Assembly: GCA_038851565.1 (NCBI GenBank)
Contig: JAWCKV010000006.1
Coordinates: 1 to 31,366 of the forward strand
Origin: Candidatus Hadarchaeales archaeon
GTDB lineage: Archaea > Hadarchaeota > Hadarchaeia > Hadarchaeales > Hadarchaeaceae
Reading direction: 5' to 3'
DNA: 31,366 nucleotides
Part shown: positions 8,651-17,495 of the stretch, one piece after another
Layout: every line of letters starts with the position of its first letter
Position numbering within the stretch: the stretch's first letter is position 1
Notes under the pieces: model-generated
Told to the model about the DNA's origin: nothing
The model's database searches: none
The model's input: only the letters and a program-made list of their open reading frames with translations
Made by a program: the position numbers and the translations under genes

Positions 8651-9838
8651 ATGGTTAAAAAGTATGACGTAGTCATCGCGGGGGGCGGTCCCTCCGGGCT
8701 TTCAGCCGCCGCCAAGGCCGCGTCGATGGGCTGCAGCGTGCTGGTCATGGAAATGCAGTCCCAGATTGGCGGACAGGGGCAAGCAGCCTGGGTGGGCGGA
8801 GGAATATGGAAGGCTGTCCCTGCATCTCTCCTATCCAGGATCAGGGAGGTCACGCTGAGGTGTACGGGGGAGAGCCTCACAGTCAGAGGGAATTTTGGGG
8901 TGGTGCTGGACAGGAGGACGTTTGACAGGGGACTGGCGCTCAGGGCAGCGGACGCGGGAGCGGACATATGGCTCAGCTCCCCGGTCAGGGACCTGCTGTT
9001 TTCGGACGGGAGAGTGGTGGGCGTTAAGAGCGGGCTGGGAAGCTGGGCGGAGGAGGTGCGCGCGGATGTGGTAATAGATGCGACAGGCTCAAGAGGCGAG
9101 TGGTCGTGCCTCTTCATGAGAAGGGTGGCGCAAAGGGAGCTGAGCAGGGAGGAGATCTCCTTCAGCAGCGAGTACCTTGTTGCCAAGTGCGGGGAAAAGG
9201 CGGTGAATCTCGTTTTCAGCTCCTATCTGACCCCCGGTGGCCACGGGTGGGTTTACCCGTGCGGAAACGGGATGGCGGCGGTGGGCGTCCATGGCGTGAG
9301 AATAAATCCCGAGCTGGCGCTGGATGAGTTCATAGGCAGGGACTCTGTTCGGGGCCTGAAGGGTTCCGTGCCGGTTGCGGCCTTCCGATCTCAGTTTCCG
9401 CTCATCGGCCCGTTGGATCGCGCGCACGGGGCCGGCATAGTTGCTGTGGGAGGCGCGGCGGGTCAGATCTATCAGCTTTCCCCGAGAGGGCTGGAGCACG
9501 CGGTCAGGGCAGGGGAGATAGCCGGAGAGGCAGCGGCGGAGGCGGTTTCCAGCCGCGAGACATCTGAGGAGGGCCTTTCGGGATACGAGCAGGCGTGGAG
9601 GGAGAAGCTTTACGGTGACCTCAGGATTGGAAAAATGCTTAGAAATTCGCTGAGCACCTTTCAGGACAGGAAAATGAGTTCGATCATATCGGCTGCCAGG
9701 GATGAGCCTAAGCTGGCGCGCGCGCTCGTTGATGTGTTCCTGTGCAGAAATCTGGGAAGGTCAGTGAGGTCCCTGCTCAGGAGCGAGAGGATCTCCAGAG
9801 CCCTGGGCGTGAACTCGGTGGAGGGGCTGCTGGATTGA
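8651..9838 (+). CDS. Geranylgeranyl reductase family FAD-dependent oxidoreductase (divergent)
   Basis: YDVVIAGGGPSG Rossmann motif, LDRRTFDRGLA, VIDATG, PGGHGWVYP. Start is probably ATG 8651 (or 8642), not 8540. TATA-like TTTTATAAA at about 8614-8622. Confidence 0.85.
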   Translation: MVKKYDVVIAGGGPSGLSAAAKAASMGCSVLVMEMQSQIGGQGQAAWVGGGIWKAVPASLLSRIREVTLRCTGESLTVRGNFGVVLDRRTFDRGLALRAADAGADIWLSSPVRDLLFSDGRVVGVKSGLGSWAEEVRADVVIDATGSRGEWSCLFMRRVAQRELSREEISFSSEYLVAKCGEKAVNLVFSSYLTPGGHGWVYPCGNGMAAVGVHGVRINPELALDEFIGRDSVRGLKGSVPVAAFRSQFPLIGPLDRAHGAGIVAVGGAAGQIYQLSPRGLEHAVRAGEIAGEAAAEAVSSRETSEEGLSGYEQAWREKLYGDLRIGKMLRNSLSTFQDRKMSSIISAARDEPKLARALVDVFLCRNLGRSVRSLLRSERISRALGVNSVEGLLD

Positions 9839-9856
9839 GCGGAGAGTGGATTTCAG

Positions 9857-10762
9857 ATGAGGTGCCCCACCTGCGGGAGTTCCTCGGTCCTGCACGATCA
9901 GGTGAGGGGAGAAATAATATGCACGAGGTGTGGGCTCGTCATCCTGGAGCGCCTTCTCGATCCCGGACCCGAGTGGAGATTAAAAGAAACCGAGAGGTCA
10001 GGAAGGGCAGATGTTGGCTCTGGCTCCGATGTGACCCTCCATGACCTAGGTTTGGGAACAACATTCACTGTGCCGCTCGACGTGGCGCCGAGCATACGCG
10101 CTTCCCTCAGAAGGATGGAAAGGCTGCAGAAGCGTTCACGCGCCACAAGCTGGAGGGATAGAAGTCTCAGGGACGCGCTGGTGGACCTGGATAAAATTTG
10201 TGAGATGATGGGCGTCCCAAAGGGCGTGAAGACCGAGGCGAGCGTGCTTTACCGGAAGATCATGTCAAGGGGACTGACGGTTGGCAGGGACCACGTGCTT
10301 ACTCTCTCAGCAATTCTGTTTCTGGTGTTCAGGTCCAGAGGGATACCGAGAAGATGTGAGGAAATAGCGGATGTGGTTAAAAGGGGATTTGGAACGAAGC
10401 AGTCCTGGGGGAGCAGGTCCATAAGAAGGCTTGCAAATTTCCTGTCTAGGGAGCTCAACATAAGGCCGAGGATGATCGGAGCCGAGGAGCATCTTGACAG
10501 ATTTTCCTCCCAGCTCGGACTTACGCCTGATGTGATCACGCGAGCCAGAAATTTCCTGAGAGGAATGCCGGATCGCATGAGGATGGGAAAGTCTCCAGTC
10601 CTCCTCGCGGCGGTTTCGATCTATCTGGCGACCAGGGCATCGGACGAGAGGCTGACGCTCAGGAGGATAGCGGATGTCACGGGCGTGGGCGTTTCAACGA
10701 TCTCGAAGAATATCTCTTCCATGAGGTCGGGGGGAGAGGTATCACTATCTCTCCCTCCCTAG
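9857..10762 (+). CDS. tfb: Transcription initiation factor IIB (TFB) family protein, divergent paralog
   Basis: Zn ribbon CPTC...CTRCG, GPEWR, HDLGLGT, two cyclin-like repeats, C-terminal HTH LRRIADVTGVGVSTI. Confidence 0.88.
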   Translation: MRCPTCGSSSVLHDQVRGEIICTRCGLVILERLLDPGPEWRLKETERSGRADVGSGSDVTLHDLGLGTTFTVPLDVAPSIRASLRRMERLQKRSRATSWRDRSLRDALVDLDKICEMMGVPKGVKTEASVLYRKIMSRGLTVGRDHVLTLSAILFLVFRSRGIPRRCEEIADVVKRGFGTKQSWGSRSIRRLANFLSRELNIRPRMIGAEEHLDRFSSQLGLTPDVITRARNFLRGMPDRMRMGKSPVLLAAVSIYLATRASDERLTLRRIADVTGVGVSTISKNISSMRSGGEVSLSLPP

Positions 10763-11270
10763 GATCACCAACGGTTTCTGAAAATCCGCGAAGGTGGAGC
10801 CATCCGGTCAGGGCGGCCATGCACGCATCCACCTCATGTCTGCTTTTCATGTCCCCAAATCTGAATCCCATCCGCCTGAGCTCTCTCAGCCAGGCTTCCC
10901 GCCTGTTGGTTCCGAAGAGGATCAGCCCCGAAGTTCTTGGGTGGATTTCTATGATCTTGATTTTCCTTAATCTGAGGAGATTTGAGAGCTGAATTCCCCT
11001 ATTGGTGAGGGAAAGCATGCCGCCGAAGGTCGGAGGGAAAACCCGGAAACCCATTTTTATGAGTTCCACATCGGCCCTCCTCAGGTTTCCGGAACTTGGC
11101 ATCGTGAGTGGAGCATCAATTGCCACAATGCTCGGGTCCTCTTCTGAACACAGTTCAATTATTTCCTCATCTTCGTGAAGCGTGGCGGTTCTGAACGATC
11201 TTCTTGATAGAACCGCGATGCCAGTGTCCCTATTAGGATTTCCAGCGAGGTCTATCCCGACGACCCTCAT
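10677..11270 (-). CDS. DUF429 family predicted RNase H-fold nuclease
   Basis: VVGIDLAG, IDAPL, LRRAD, IEIHP and HEVDACMAAL motifs. Confidence 0.85.
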   Translation of the reverse strand: MRVVGIDLAGNPNRDTGIAVLSRRSFRTATLHEDEEIIELCSEEDPSIVAIDAPLTMPSSGNLRRADVELIKMGFRVFPPTFGGMLSLTNRGIQLSNLLRLRKIKIIEIHPRTSGLILFGTNRREAWLRELRRMGFRFGDMKSRHEVDACMAALTGWLHLRGFSETVGDPREGEIVIPLPPTSWKRYSSRSLKRPRP

Positions 11271-11328
11271 AGGACCATGAATATTCCGCGTTTAATATAA
11301 ATCTGGGGAGCGGTATCTAATCATCGGT

Positions 11329-11457
11329 GGGGCTGTGGTGTAGCTTGGCAGCACGGCAGGCTCCAGTGGACAACGTGGGTCTGCTGACTGATGGATGATG
11401 ACCCACTGGAGCCGAAGAGACCTGCAAACCCGGGTTCAAATCCTGGCAGCCCCACCA
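11329..11457 (+). tRNA. tRNA-Trp(CCA) with a 53-nt intron at 37/38
   Basis: Acceptor GGGGCTG/CAGCCCC, anticodon arm GCAGG-CT-CCA-G^A-CCTGC, T loop GTTCAAATC, encoded CCA. TATA TTTAATATAAA at 11291-11301. Confidence 0.95.
11367..11419 (+). ncRNA. tRNA-Trp intron, box C/D guide-type RNA
   Basis: CTGA (11384-11387), ATGATGA (11395-11401). Antisense elements GTGGGTCTG (to positions 35-43) and CCACTGGAGCC (to the anticodon region). Known feature of euryarchaeal tRNA-Trp. Confidence 0.8.
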
Positions 11458-11592
11458 GGATCTTAGGTTCAGGCCATATCTTATGCTCTGAAGGGCCTAA
11501 AACAGAAAATACGGTGAATCCAGCAGCTCCCGCCAAGCGATGGCCTCAAAAGGTATTTTAGCCACAAGCCATAAACGGAAAAAGGCGATTGA

Positions 11593-12849
11593 GTGGCAGA
11601 AACCAAGATAAGGTCGATCAGGGCGCGGAGGATATTTGACAGCCGCGGGAATCCAACGGTTGAGGTAGAGGTAGACGTTGGAAGAGGGTGCGTGGGGAGG
11701 GCGGCTGCCCCAAGCGGCGCGAGCACAGGCAAGTACGAGGTCGTCGCGTTTCCGCAGGGGGGACCAGAAAAGTCCATAGAGCTGTTGAGGAAGGAGGTCG
11801 AGAAAAGGCTCGTTGGGTTCAATGCTGAGGACCAGGAAGGTGTGGACGGAATTCTTCACGAGGTTGATGGCACCTCAAACTTTTCCAGGATAGGGGGAAA
11901 TGCCGCCGTTGCGGTATCCATGGCGGTGGCAAAGGCCGCTGCCAGAGCGCTTGGCCTGCCGCTTTACAGGTATCTTGGCGGAGAGAAGGCGCGCGATCTC
12001 CCGTATCCAATAGGAAATGTCCTCGGAGGAGGAGCGCACGCCGGGAAGATGGCCCCGGACATTCAGGAGTTCATATCCATGCCGAAGGGGGCCAGGAGGT
12101 TCGCCGATGCGGTGTTTGCAAATACCAGAGTTCACAAGGCGGTGAGGGCAGGAATAGAGAGGAGGGACAGCACTTTCTCAGGGGGAAAGGGAGATGAGGG
12201 CGCCTGGGCACCAAATCTGGACTCCCTGCAGGCAATGGAGGTCCTGGCGGAGGCATGCATCTCAGCGAGCAAGGAGGTCGGATTTGAGGTGAGGCCCTCC
12301 CTTGACATAGCCGCAAGCAGCCTGTATGACGAGGAAAAGGGAGTTTACGTCTACGAGAGGGAGGGAAAAACCAGGGATGCCGGGGAGCAGATAGAATTTG
12401 TGGTGGAGCTGGTGAGGAAATATGGAGTTTTCTACCTTGAAGATCCGCTGCAGGAAGAGGACTTTGACGGTTTTGCGGAACTTACTCGAAAGGTGGGCAA
12501 AAGCTGCTTGGTGTGCGGTGACGACCTCTACGTGACAAATGTAAACCGGATTAAAAGGGGTATAGAGAAAAAGTCGACGAATGCCGTCCTGATAAAGCCA
12601 AACCAGATAGGCACTCTGACGGACACCCTCTCAGCTGTCAGGCTGGCGAAGAGGAGCGGCCAAGTCCCGGTGATCTCCCACCGCTCCGGTGAAACGACGG
12701 ATGAGACGATAGCGCACCTTGCGGTGGGTTGGGGCTGTCCGATGATAAAGACCGGCGCGGTGGGCGGTGAGAGGATGGCGAAGCTCAACGAGCTCATAAG
12801 GATAGAGGAGGAACTTGGAGAAAGGGCAAGGATGGCGAGTTTGAGATGA
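11593..12849 (+). CDS. eno: Enolase
   Basis: DSRGNPTVE, PSGASTG, GDEG, EDP, GDDL, LIKPNQIGTL, SHRSGET, ERMAKLNEL. Confidence 0.97.
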   Translation: MAETKIRSIRARRIFDSRGNPTVEVEVDVGRGCVGRAAAPSGASTGKYEVVAFPQGGPEKSIELLRKEVEKRLVGFNAEDQEGVDGILHEVDGTSNFSRIGGNAAVAVSMAVAKAAARALGLPLYRYLGGEKARDLPYPIGNVLGGGAHAGKMAPDIQEFISMPKGARRFADAVFANTRVHKAVRAGIERRDSTFSGGKGDEGAWAPNLDSLQAMEVLAEACISASKEVGFEVRPSLDIAASSLYDEEKGVYVYEREGKTRDAGEQIEFVVELVRKYGVFYLEDPLQEEDFDGFAELTRKVGKSCLVCGDDLYVTNVNRIKRGIEKKSTNAVLIKPNQIGTLTDTLSAVRLAKRSGQVPVISHRSGETTDETIAHLAVGWGCPMIKTGAVGGERMAKLNELIRIEEELGERARMASLR

Positions 12850-13469
12850 GCGCGGAGTTCGAGGGAGTGGCCAAGCTGGCTGATTTCGATACATATCTCT
12901 CAAGCGGGGTTCACATAGGCACGAGACAGAAGACCGGCGCAATGAGGGAGTTCATATACAGGGTTCGCCCGGACGGCCTGTACATAATAGATGTCAGGAA
13001 AACCGATGAGCGAATAGCCGTGGCCGGAAAGTTCCTGGCGAGGTTTGATCCTAAGAGGGTCGTGGTGGTTTCCGCCAGGCAGTACGGACAGAGGCCGGCC
13101 CAGAAGTTCGCTGAGGTCACAGGAACAACCGCAGTTGTTGGCAGGTTCATTCCGGGAACGTTCACTAACCCAAAGTACAGCGGATACATGGAGGCATCAG
13201 CCCTCGTGGCCACGGATCCGCTGGCGGACGAACAGCCCCTCAAGGAGGCAGCGATGACCGGCATACCCGTTGTCGGGCTGTGTGATACCGACAATGAAAC
13301 AGCGGACATAGACCTCGTCATCCCAACCAACAATAAGGGAAGAAAGGCCCTAGCGCTTGTCTACTGGTTGCTGGCGAGGCAAGTCCTGAGGGAAAGGGGG
13401 GCTCTGGCGCCAGACGCACCGTTTGAGGTAAAGGTTGAGGAGTTTGAGACGAAGGCCGTGGGTGAATAG
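12846..13469 (+). CDS. rps2: 30S ribosomal protein S2 (uS2)
   Basis: GVHIGT, RPDGLYIID, GRFIPGTFTNP, IPTNNKG. Confidence 0.97.
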   Translation: MSAEFEGVAKLADFDTYLSSGVHIGTRQKTGAMREFIYRVRPDGLYIIDVRKTDERIAVAGKFLARFDPKRVVVVSARQYGQRPAQKFAEVTGTTAVVGRFIPGTFTNPKYSGYMEASALVATDPLADEQPLKEAAMTGIPVVGLCDTDNETADIDLVIPTNNKGRKALALVYWLLARQVLRERGALAPDAPFEVKVEEFETKAVGE

Positions 13470-13472
13470 GTT

Positions 13473-14309
13473 TTGAGGCCTCCAGCCGTGGCGGGCGCGT
13501 TTTACGAGGGCAGCAGGGACGGCCTGCTCAGGCAGATAGAGTGGTGTTACAGGCACGAACATGGTCCGGGTGAGATACCCTCAATCGTCCAGGGCTCCAG
13601 AAGATTGGTTGCTCTCGTTTCTCCCCACGCCGGGTATATGTACTCCGGCCCAGTGGCGGCCCACGGCTTCTCAGAGCTCGCTGGAGACGGCAGGCCCGGC
13701 AGCATTGTGGTCATCGGACCGAATCACACTGGGATGGGCTCCGGGGTTGCAGTTTCTATCTCCGGCAGGTGGAAAACACCTCTGGGGGCGGTCGAGCTCG
13801 ATGAGGCGCTGGGCAGAAGGATCATGGCTAAATCCGATATATTTGACGTCGACGATGGTGCTCATCTCCATGAGCATTCCATAGAGGTTCAGCTGCCCTT
13901 CCTTCAACACCTCTTCGGCGAGCTGAAGATAGTTCCGATATGCATGATGATGCAGGATCCGGAGACAGCTAGGGAGGTTGGCGAGGCAATAGCGGGTGGG
14001 GCCTCCGGAACCGATGTGTTCATCATAGCATCCTCAGATTTCACGCACTATGAGCCGCGCGATTCCGCACATGCGAAGGACAGGGCTGTGATAGAAAAAA
14101 TACTTGAGCTCGATCCCGACGGAATGATGGATGTGGTGGAGGAGAAAAATGTCACAATGTGCGGACCCGGTCCGGTGTACGCAGCCCTGTGGGCGGCAAA
14201 GAGGCTTGGAGCCAAGAGGGCCAAGCTGCTCAAGTACGCGACCAGCGGTGACACGGGCCCGCCGATGGAAGAGGTTGTGGGCTACGCTTCCATATCGATA
14301 AGAAGGTGA
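13473..14309 (+). CDS. MEMO1 family protein (AmmeMemoRadiSam protein B)
   Basis: RPPAVAGAFY, PHAGYMYSG, GPNH, EHSIEVQLPF, SSDFTHY, MCG, YATSGD, VVGY. Confidence 0.95.
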   Translation: MRPPAVAGAFYEGSRDGLLRQIEWCYRHEHGPGEIPSIVQGSRRLVALVSPHAGYMYSGPVAAHGFSELAGDGRPGSIVVIGPNHTGMGSGVAVSISGRWKTPLGAVELDEALGRRIMAKSDIFDVDDGAHLHEHSIEVQLPFLQHLFGELKIVPICMMMQDPETAREVGEAIAGGASGTDVFIIASSDFTHYEPRDSAHAKDRAVIEKILELDPDGMMDVVEEKNVTMCGPGPVYAALWAAKRLGAKRAKLLKYATSGDTGPPMEEVVGYASISIRR

Positions 14310-15088
14310 ATCGAGAGTTGAGGATAGTTGTCAAGTTCGGCGGGAGCGCGATAACGGACAAGGGCAGAAGGTTCTCGGTGAGGAGGCGCATCCTGCACCG
14401 CCTGGCCGGGGAGGTTGCAGGCATCGATGCGGAGCTTGTCATAGTTCACGGTGGGGGATCCTTTGGGCATCCCCTGGCGAAGAAATACAGCCTTGCGGAG
14501 GGATACAGGAGTCCAGGGCAGCTGGTTGGGGCTTCCCTCACGCACTCCGCGATGGTGAGGCTCAATGAGATCGTTATAGAGGCGCTTAGGAAAAGGGGAA
14601 TCCCGGCATTCCCGGTTCAGCCCTCCTCTTGCATGGTGGTCAGCAATGGAAGGATAAGGTCGGCAGAGCTGGCTCCGGTGAGGAAGATGCTGGAGCTGGG
14701 GATGGTCCCCGTGATGTATGGGGATGTCGTGCCAGACATGGAGCGTGGCCTCTCCATACTCTCCGGAGATCACATCGTGACCAGGCTGGCGCTGGAGCTG
14801 GGAGCCTCAAGGGTTGTTCTGGGTGTTGATGTGGACGGCGTTTACACAGCAGATCCAAAAACCGATGAAAACGCAGAGCTCATCCCGGTCATAACCCCCA
14901 AAAACGTGCCGCATATAGGCAGGATAAAAGCCATGGACGTAACAGGAGGAATGGGTAGAAAGGTCATGGAGCTGGTTGATCTGGCAAGGAGGGGCATAGA
15001 ATCCCAAATTGTTAACGCCTTGAGGCCCGGGGCCCTTCGGGAGGCGCTGAAGGGAAACAGAGAGATAGGGACGCTGATAAGGGCGTGA
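14306..15088 (+). CDS. ipk: Isopentenyl phosphate kinase
   Basis: KFGGSAITDK, VHGGGSFGH, GD, SGD, DVTGGM. Adjacent to fni. Confidence 0.93.
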   Translation: MNRELRIVVKFGGSAITDKGRRFSVRRRILHRLAGEVAGIDAELVIVHGGGSFGHPLAKKYSLAEGYRSPGQLVGASLTHSAMVRLNEIVIEALRKRGIPAFPVQPSSCMVVSNGRIRSAELAPVRKMLELGMVPVMYGDVVPDMERGLSILSGDHIVTRLALELGASRVVLGVDVDGVYTADPKTDENAELIPVITPKNVPHIGRIKAMDVTGGMGRKVMELVDLARRGIESQIVNALRPGALREALKGNREIGTLIRA

Positions 15089-15092
15089 GCTA

Positions 15093-16172
15093 ATGAAGGG
15101 AAGGACCGCAGAGAGGAAGAACGACCACATTCGAATATGCCTGAAGAGGGACGTAGAGAGCTTCATGAAGGGAACCGGGTTCGAGGACATAGAGCTCGTG
15201 CACGTGGCGGCTCCGGAGCTTGATTTCGATGAGATAGACATCGGCACCACATTTCTTGGAAGAAAGCTGAGGGCGCCTTTAATGCTTACCGCCATGACAG
15301 GCGGAAGCGAGCTTGGAAGAACCCTCAACAGGAGGATGGCAGCCGTTGCCCAGAGGTTCGGGATAGCGTTCTGCGTGGGCAGCCAGAGGGCCGCGCTTGA
15401 GAACCCGAAACTTGCAAGGACTTATGCCGTGAGGGACGTTGCACCTGATGTCTTCCTGGTGGGAAACCTGGGGTTCTCCCAGCTGTCTGAAGGTTACGGG
15501 GTGAAGGAGGTAAAGGCGGCTGTTGACATGATAAGCGCGAATGCCATCTCGCTGCACATGAACCCGCTTCAGGAGCTAATACAACCGGAGGGTGAGCCCA
15601 GATACAGGGAGGCGATGAGAAAGCTCTCCTCGGTCTGCAGAGGTCTCGAATATCCGGTGATAATAAAGGAGACGGGCTGCGGCATCAGCGCAGGTGTTGC
15701 GAAAAAGCTGGTCGCGGCCGGGGCATCGGCCATAGATGTCAGCGGTGCCGGAGGGACATCATGGGCAGGCGTTGAGACTTACAGGAGAAAGGCTCCAGAT
15801 GCAGGAATAGCCTTCTGGGACTGGGGCATACCCACCGCAGTGAGCACGCTGGAGGTATGCAGCGCGGTTGACATACCTGTGATTTCAAGCGGCGGGATAA
15901 GATCCGGTCTAGATGCCGCAAAGGCGATAGCGCTGGGCGCGGATTTGGTCGGGGTGGCTCTTCCTGCGCTCCGGGCTGCGGCATCCAAGAGAGGGGAACT
16001 GGAAAGGTTAGTGCAAAACTTCCTGTTCGGGCTCAAGGCGGCGATGTTCCTCACTGAGTGCAGGAGGATAGAGGAGCTGAGGAGCGTTCCATTGGTGGTC
16101 CTTGGAAGAACCAGGCAGTGGATGGAGTCCAGAGGAATCGACGTTAGGAGCGTGGAGGAGGGCAGAGATTGA
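15093..16172 (+). CDS. fni: Type 2 isopentenyl-diphosphate delta-isomerase
   Basis: RKNDH, AMTGG, GSQR, HMNPLQELIQPEG, KETGCG, GAGGTSW, SGGIRSG. Confidence 0.96.
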   Translation: MKGRTAERKNDHIRICLKRDVESFMKGTGFEDIELVHVAAPELDFDEIDIGTTFLGRKLRAPLMLTAMTGGSELGRTLNRRMAAVAQRFGIAFCVGSQRAALENPKLARTYAVRDVAPDVFLVGNLGFSQLSEGYGVKEVKAAVDMISANAISLHMNPLQELIQPEGEPRYREAMRKLSSVCRGLEYPVIIKETGCGISAGVAKKLVAAGASAIDVSGAGGTSWAGVETYRRKAPDAGIAFWDWGIPTAVSTLEVCSAVDIPVISSGGIRSGLDAAKAIALGADLVGVALPALRAAASKRGELERLVQNFLFGLKAAMFLTECRRIEELRSVPLVVLGRTRQWMESRGIDVRSVEEGRD

Positions 16173-17494
16173 GCGTTGAAATACTCCCGGTGGGCGGCCT
16201 CGGAGAGGTCGGAAAGAACATGACCGCCATCGGCCTGGATGGGAGATACGTCATCGTTGACATGGGAATAAGGCTCGACAGCATCATGGCGTTTGAGGAC
16301 GCTAACATAGGGGAGATGGGAAAGGAGGAACTGATAAGCATAAACGGAATACCGGACGATTCCGTGCTCAGGGGACGCAGGGTTTCCGCGATACTGCTCA
16401 CACACGGCCATCTGGATCATGTTGGGGCGGTGGGAAAGCTGGCGAGTTCATACAGGGCGCCAATTTACGGCACCCCGTTCACTATGGAGATAACGAAGAG
16501 GCTGCTGAGGGAGGAGCGCAGCGCGCACCTGAGCAACGAGTTCATATCGGTTGAGCCGGGGGACGCGATAAGGGTGGATGGTATAGAGGTGGAGTTCCTC
16601 AGAGTCACCCACAGCATACTTCATACGGCCGCGCTTCTGATCGGCGACGGGAGTTCCCGTGTTCTCTGCGCCACGGATTTCAAGCTGGATGAGGAGCCGA
16701 TCCTGGGATACACAACCGACAGGAGGAGACTGTCCGAGATAGGAAAGGAAGGATTGCTCGCAGCCCTCGTTGGAACGGTGAGAGTCGATGAGCAGGGTCC
16801 AACTCCGTCCGAGAGGTGGGTAAGGGACAGGCTGAGGGAGGTCATGAAGGAGGCAATGGCGACCAGCGGACTGGTAATCGTCACCACTTTTTCCTCGCAC
16901 ATAGTGAGGCTGAAGTCCATAGTCGACATAGCGCTTGAGCTCGGGCGCATGCCAGTGATGGTTGGTAGATCACTGAGAAACTACTGCACGGCCGCGCTGG
17001 ATCTGGGCATGGTGGAGTTCCCCAGCGACATGCCGATCCACGGAAGGCCGAATGCGGTTCAGAACCTCATGAAGAGGGTGCAGGCATCGAAGGGGGACTA
17101 CGTCCTGTTATGCACCGGCCATCAGGGCGAGCCGACCTCCGTTCTCACCCGGATAGCGGACAGACAGCTCCCAATAACGATCTCCCCCGGGGATGAGGTC
17201 ATATTTTCGGCGAGCGTCATCCCAAACCCGATAAACGAGTCAAATCGCGCCCTGCTGGAGACCAAGCTCAGGGCACAGGGAGCGCACATATACAGGGATG
17301 TGCACGCCTCCGGGCACGCCGGCAGGGTGGACACGGAGGAGTTCCTCAGGATGATCAGACCGGAGCACCTGATACCCTCCCACGGGACCTCAGACAAGCT
17401 GAGGCGCATGGTTGAGATATCCATGGGGCTCGGATATCCCCCTGGAAACGTTCATCAGCTCAGAAACGGAACCTCCTTGGTTCTGGGTGATTGA
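16169..17494 (+). CDS. rnj: Ribonuclease J (beta-CASP metallo-beta-lactamase)
   Basis: GGLGEVGKNMT, THGHLDHVG, THS, DFK, TTFSSH, TGHQGEP, HASGHA, PSHG. Confidence 0.95.
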   Translation: MSVEILPVGGLGEVGKNMTAIGLDGRYVIVDMGIRLDSIMAFEDANIGEMGKEELISINGIPDDSVLRGRRVSAILLTHGHLDHVGAVGKLASSYRAPIYGTPFTMEITKRLLREERSAHLSNEFISVEPGDAIRVDGIEVEFLRVTHSILHTAALLIGDGSSRVLCATDFKLDEEPILGYTTDRRRLSEIGKEGLLAALVGTVRVDEQGPTPSERWVRDRLREVMKEAMATSGLVIVTTFSSHIVRLKSIVDIALELGRMPVMVGRSLRNYCTAALDLGMVEFPSDMPIHGRPNAVQNLMKRVQASKGDYVLLCTGHQGEPTSVLTRIADRQLPITISPGDEVIFSASVIPNPINESNRALLETKLRAQGAHIYRDVHASGHAGRVDTEEFLRMIRPEHLIPSHGTSDKLRRMVEISMGLGYPPGNVHQLRNGTSLVLGD

Positions 17495-17495
17495 G

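Noticed and set aside
11464..11500. Imperfect hairpin after tRNA-Trp (TTAGG-TTCAG...CTGAA...CCTAA)
   Set aside because: Imperfect, with no T-tract. Could be a terminator or processing signal but cannot be distinguished from chance.
11321..11536. 71-aa minus-strand ORF, and likewise 30681-31049 on the plus strand
   Set aside because: Antisense translations of tRNA-Trp and tRNA-Val.
6928..14309. AMMECR1 and MEMO1 as an AmmeMemoRadiSam operon
   Set aside because: About 6 kb apart on opposite strands, with no radical SAM gene in the window. MEMO1 is in its usual archaeal position.
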